A DNA stretch of 46,757 nt from an uncultured Nocardioidaceae bacterium (lineage in GTDB: Bacteria; Actinomycetota; Actinomycetes; Propionibacteriales; Nocardioidaceae), in assembly GCA_964385195.1 (NCBI GenBank), contig CAYLOC010000001.1, positions 1 through 46,757 of the forward strand, given 5' to 3'. Made by a program: the position numbers and the translations under genes. Under the pieces are notes generated by a model. It was not told where the DNA came from, did not search any database, and saw only the letters and a list, made by a program, of their open reading frames with translations. Shown here piece after piece: positions 46,754 to 46,757 of the stretch. Every line of letters starts with the position of its first letter. Position 1 is the stretch's first letter.

Positions 46754-46757
46754 CAAT

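Overview
This is a very GC-rich actinobacterial chromosomal segment. Gene content and the purF-purM-DUF3073-vdh-bldC synteny point to an actinomycete, but I cannot name the species. All family calls come from motifs read in the supplied translations; no searches were run. About 45 protein-coding genes are supportable. I saw no rRNA, tRNA, CRISPR array, transposase or integrase. Many long ORFs in the track are antisense artefacts of the high GC content. Left third (1-17.4 kb): an HTH/helical-repeat protein, a MetE-C-like methyltransferase, a PAP2 phosphatase with a SAM methyltransferase, and a secreted M6 (InhA-like) metalloprotease with a small lipoprotein. It also holds a sugar ABC importer (binding protein plus two permeases, no ATPase) divergent from a PfkB kinase / class II aldolase pair, then an FAD oxidoreductase, galE, a second methyltransferase, bldC and a Leu/Val dehydrogenase. 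Right two thirds (17.7-44.8 kb): nine de novo purine genes (purM, purF, purL, purQ, purS, purC, purB, purD, purA) all lie on the minus strand, in the order I recall from mycobacteria. They are separated by unrelated filler modules: M20 peptidase / sterol-carrier protein / NiCoT transporter; a Cys-type sulfatase lipoprotein between purQ and purL; an LLM oxidoreductase plus acyl-CoA synthetase; an MMPL transporter plus histidine kinase/response regulator; and vapBC plus an SDR gene remnant plus TetR-MMPL. The most interesting signal is not a gene. It is a 50-nt palindromic repeat family (GAGTTGTCAGA...TCTGACAACTC) with three full copies and one decayed candidate. Arm substitutions between copies are compensatory. 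Two same-orientation copies exactly bracket the MMPL/two-component module, and both flanking genes read into the element in the same frame and stop at its internal TGA. Other items worth a second look: a 357-nt structured, repeat-containing non-coding region between purS and the LLM gene; operator-like palindromes upstream of the sulfatase and of TetR; a tandem 17-mer upstream of purB; and a twin leaderless-promoter layout for galE and the kinase-aldolase pair. I found no obvious multi-gene candidate for a new defence or similar system; the repeat family is my best candidate for something undescribed.
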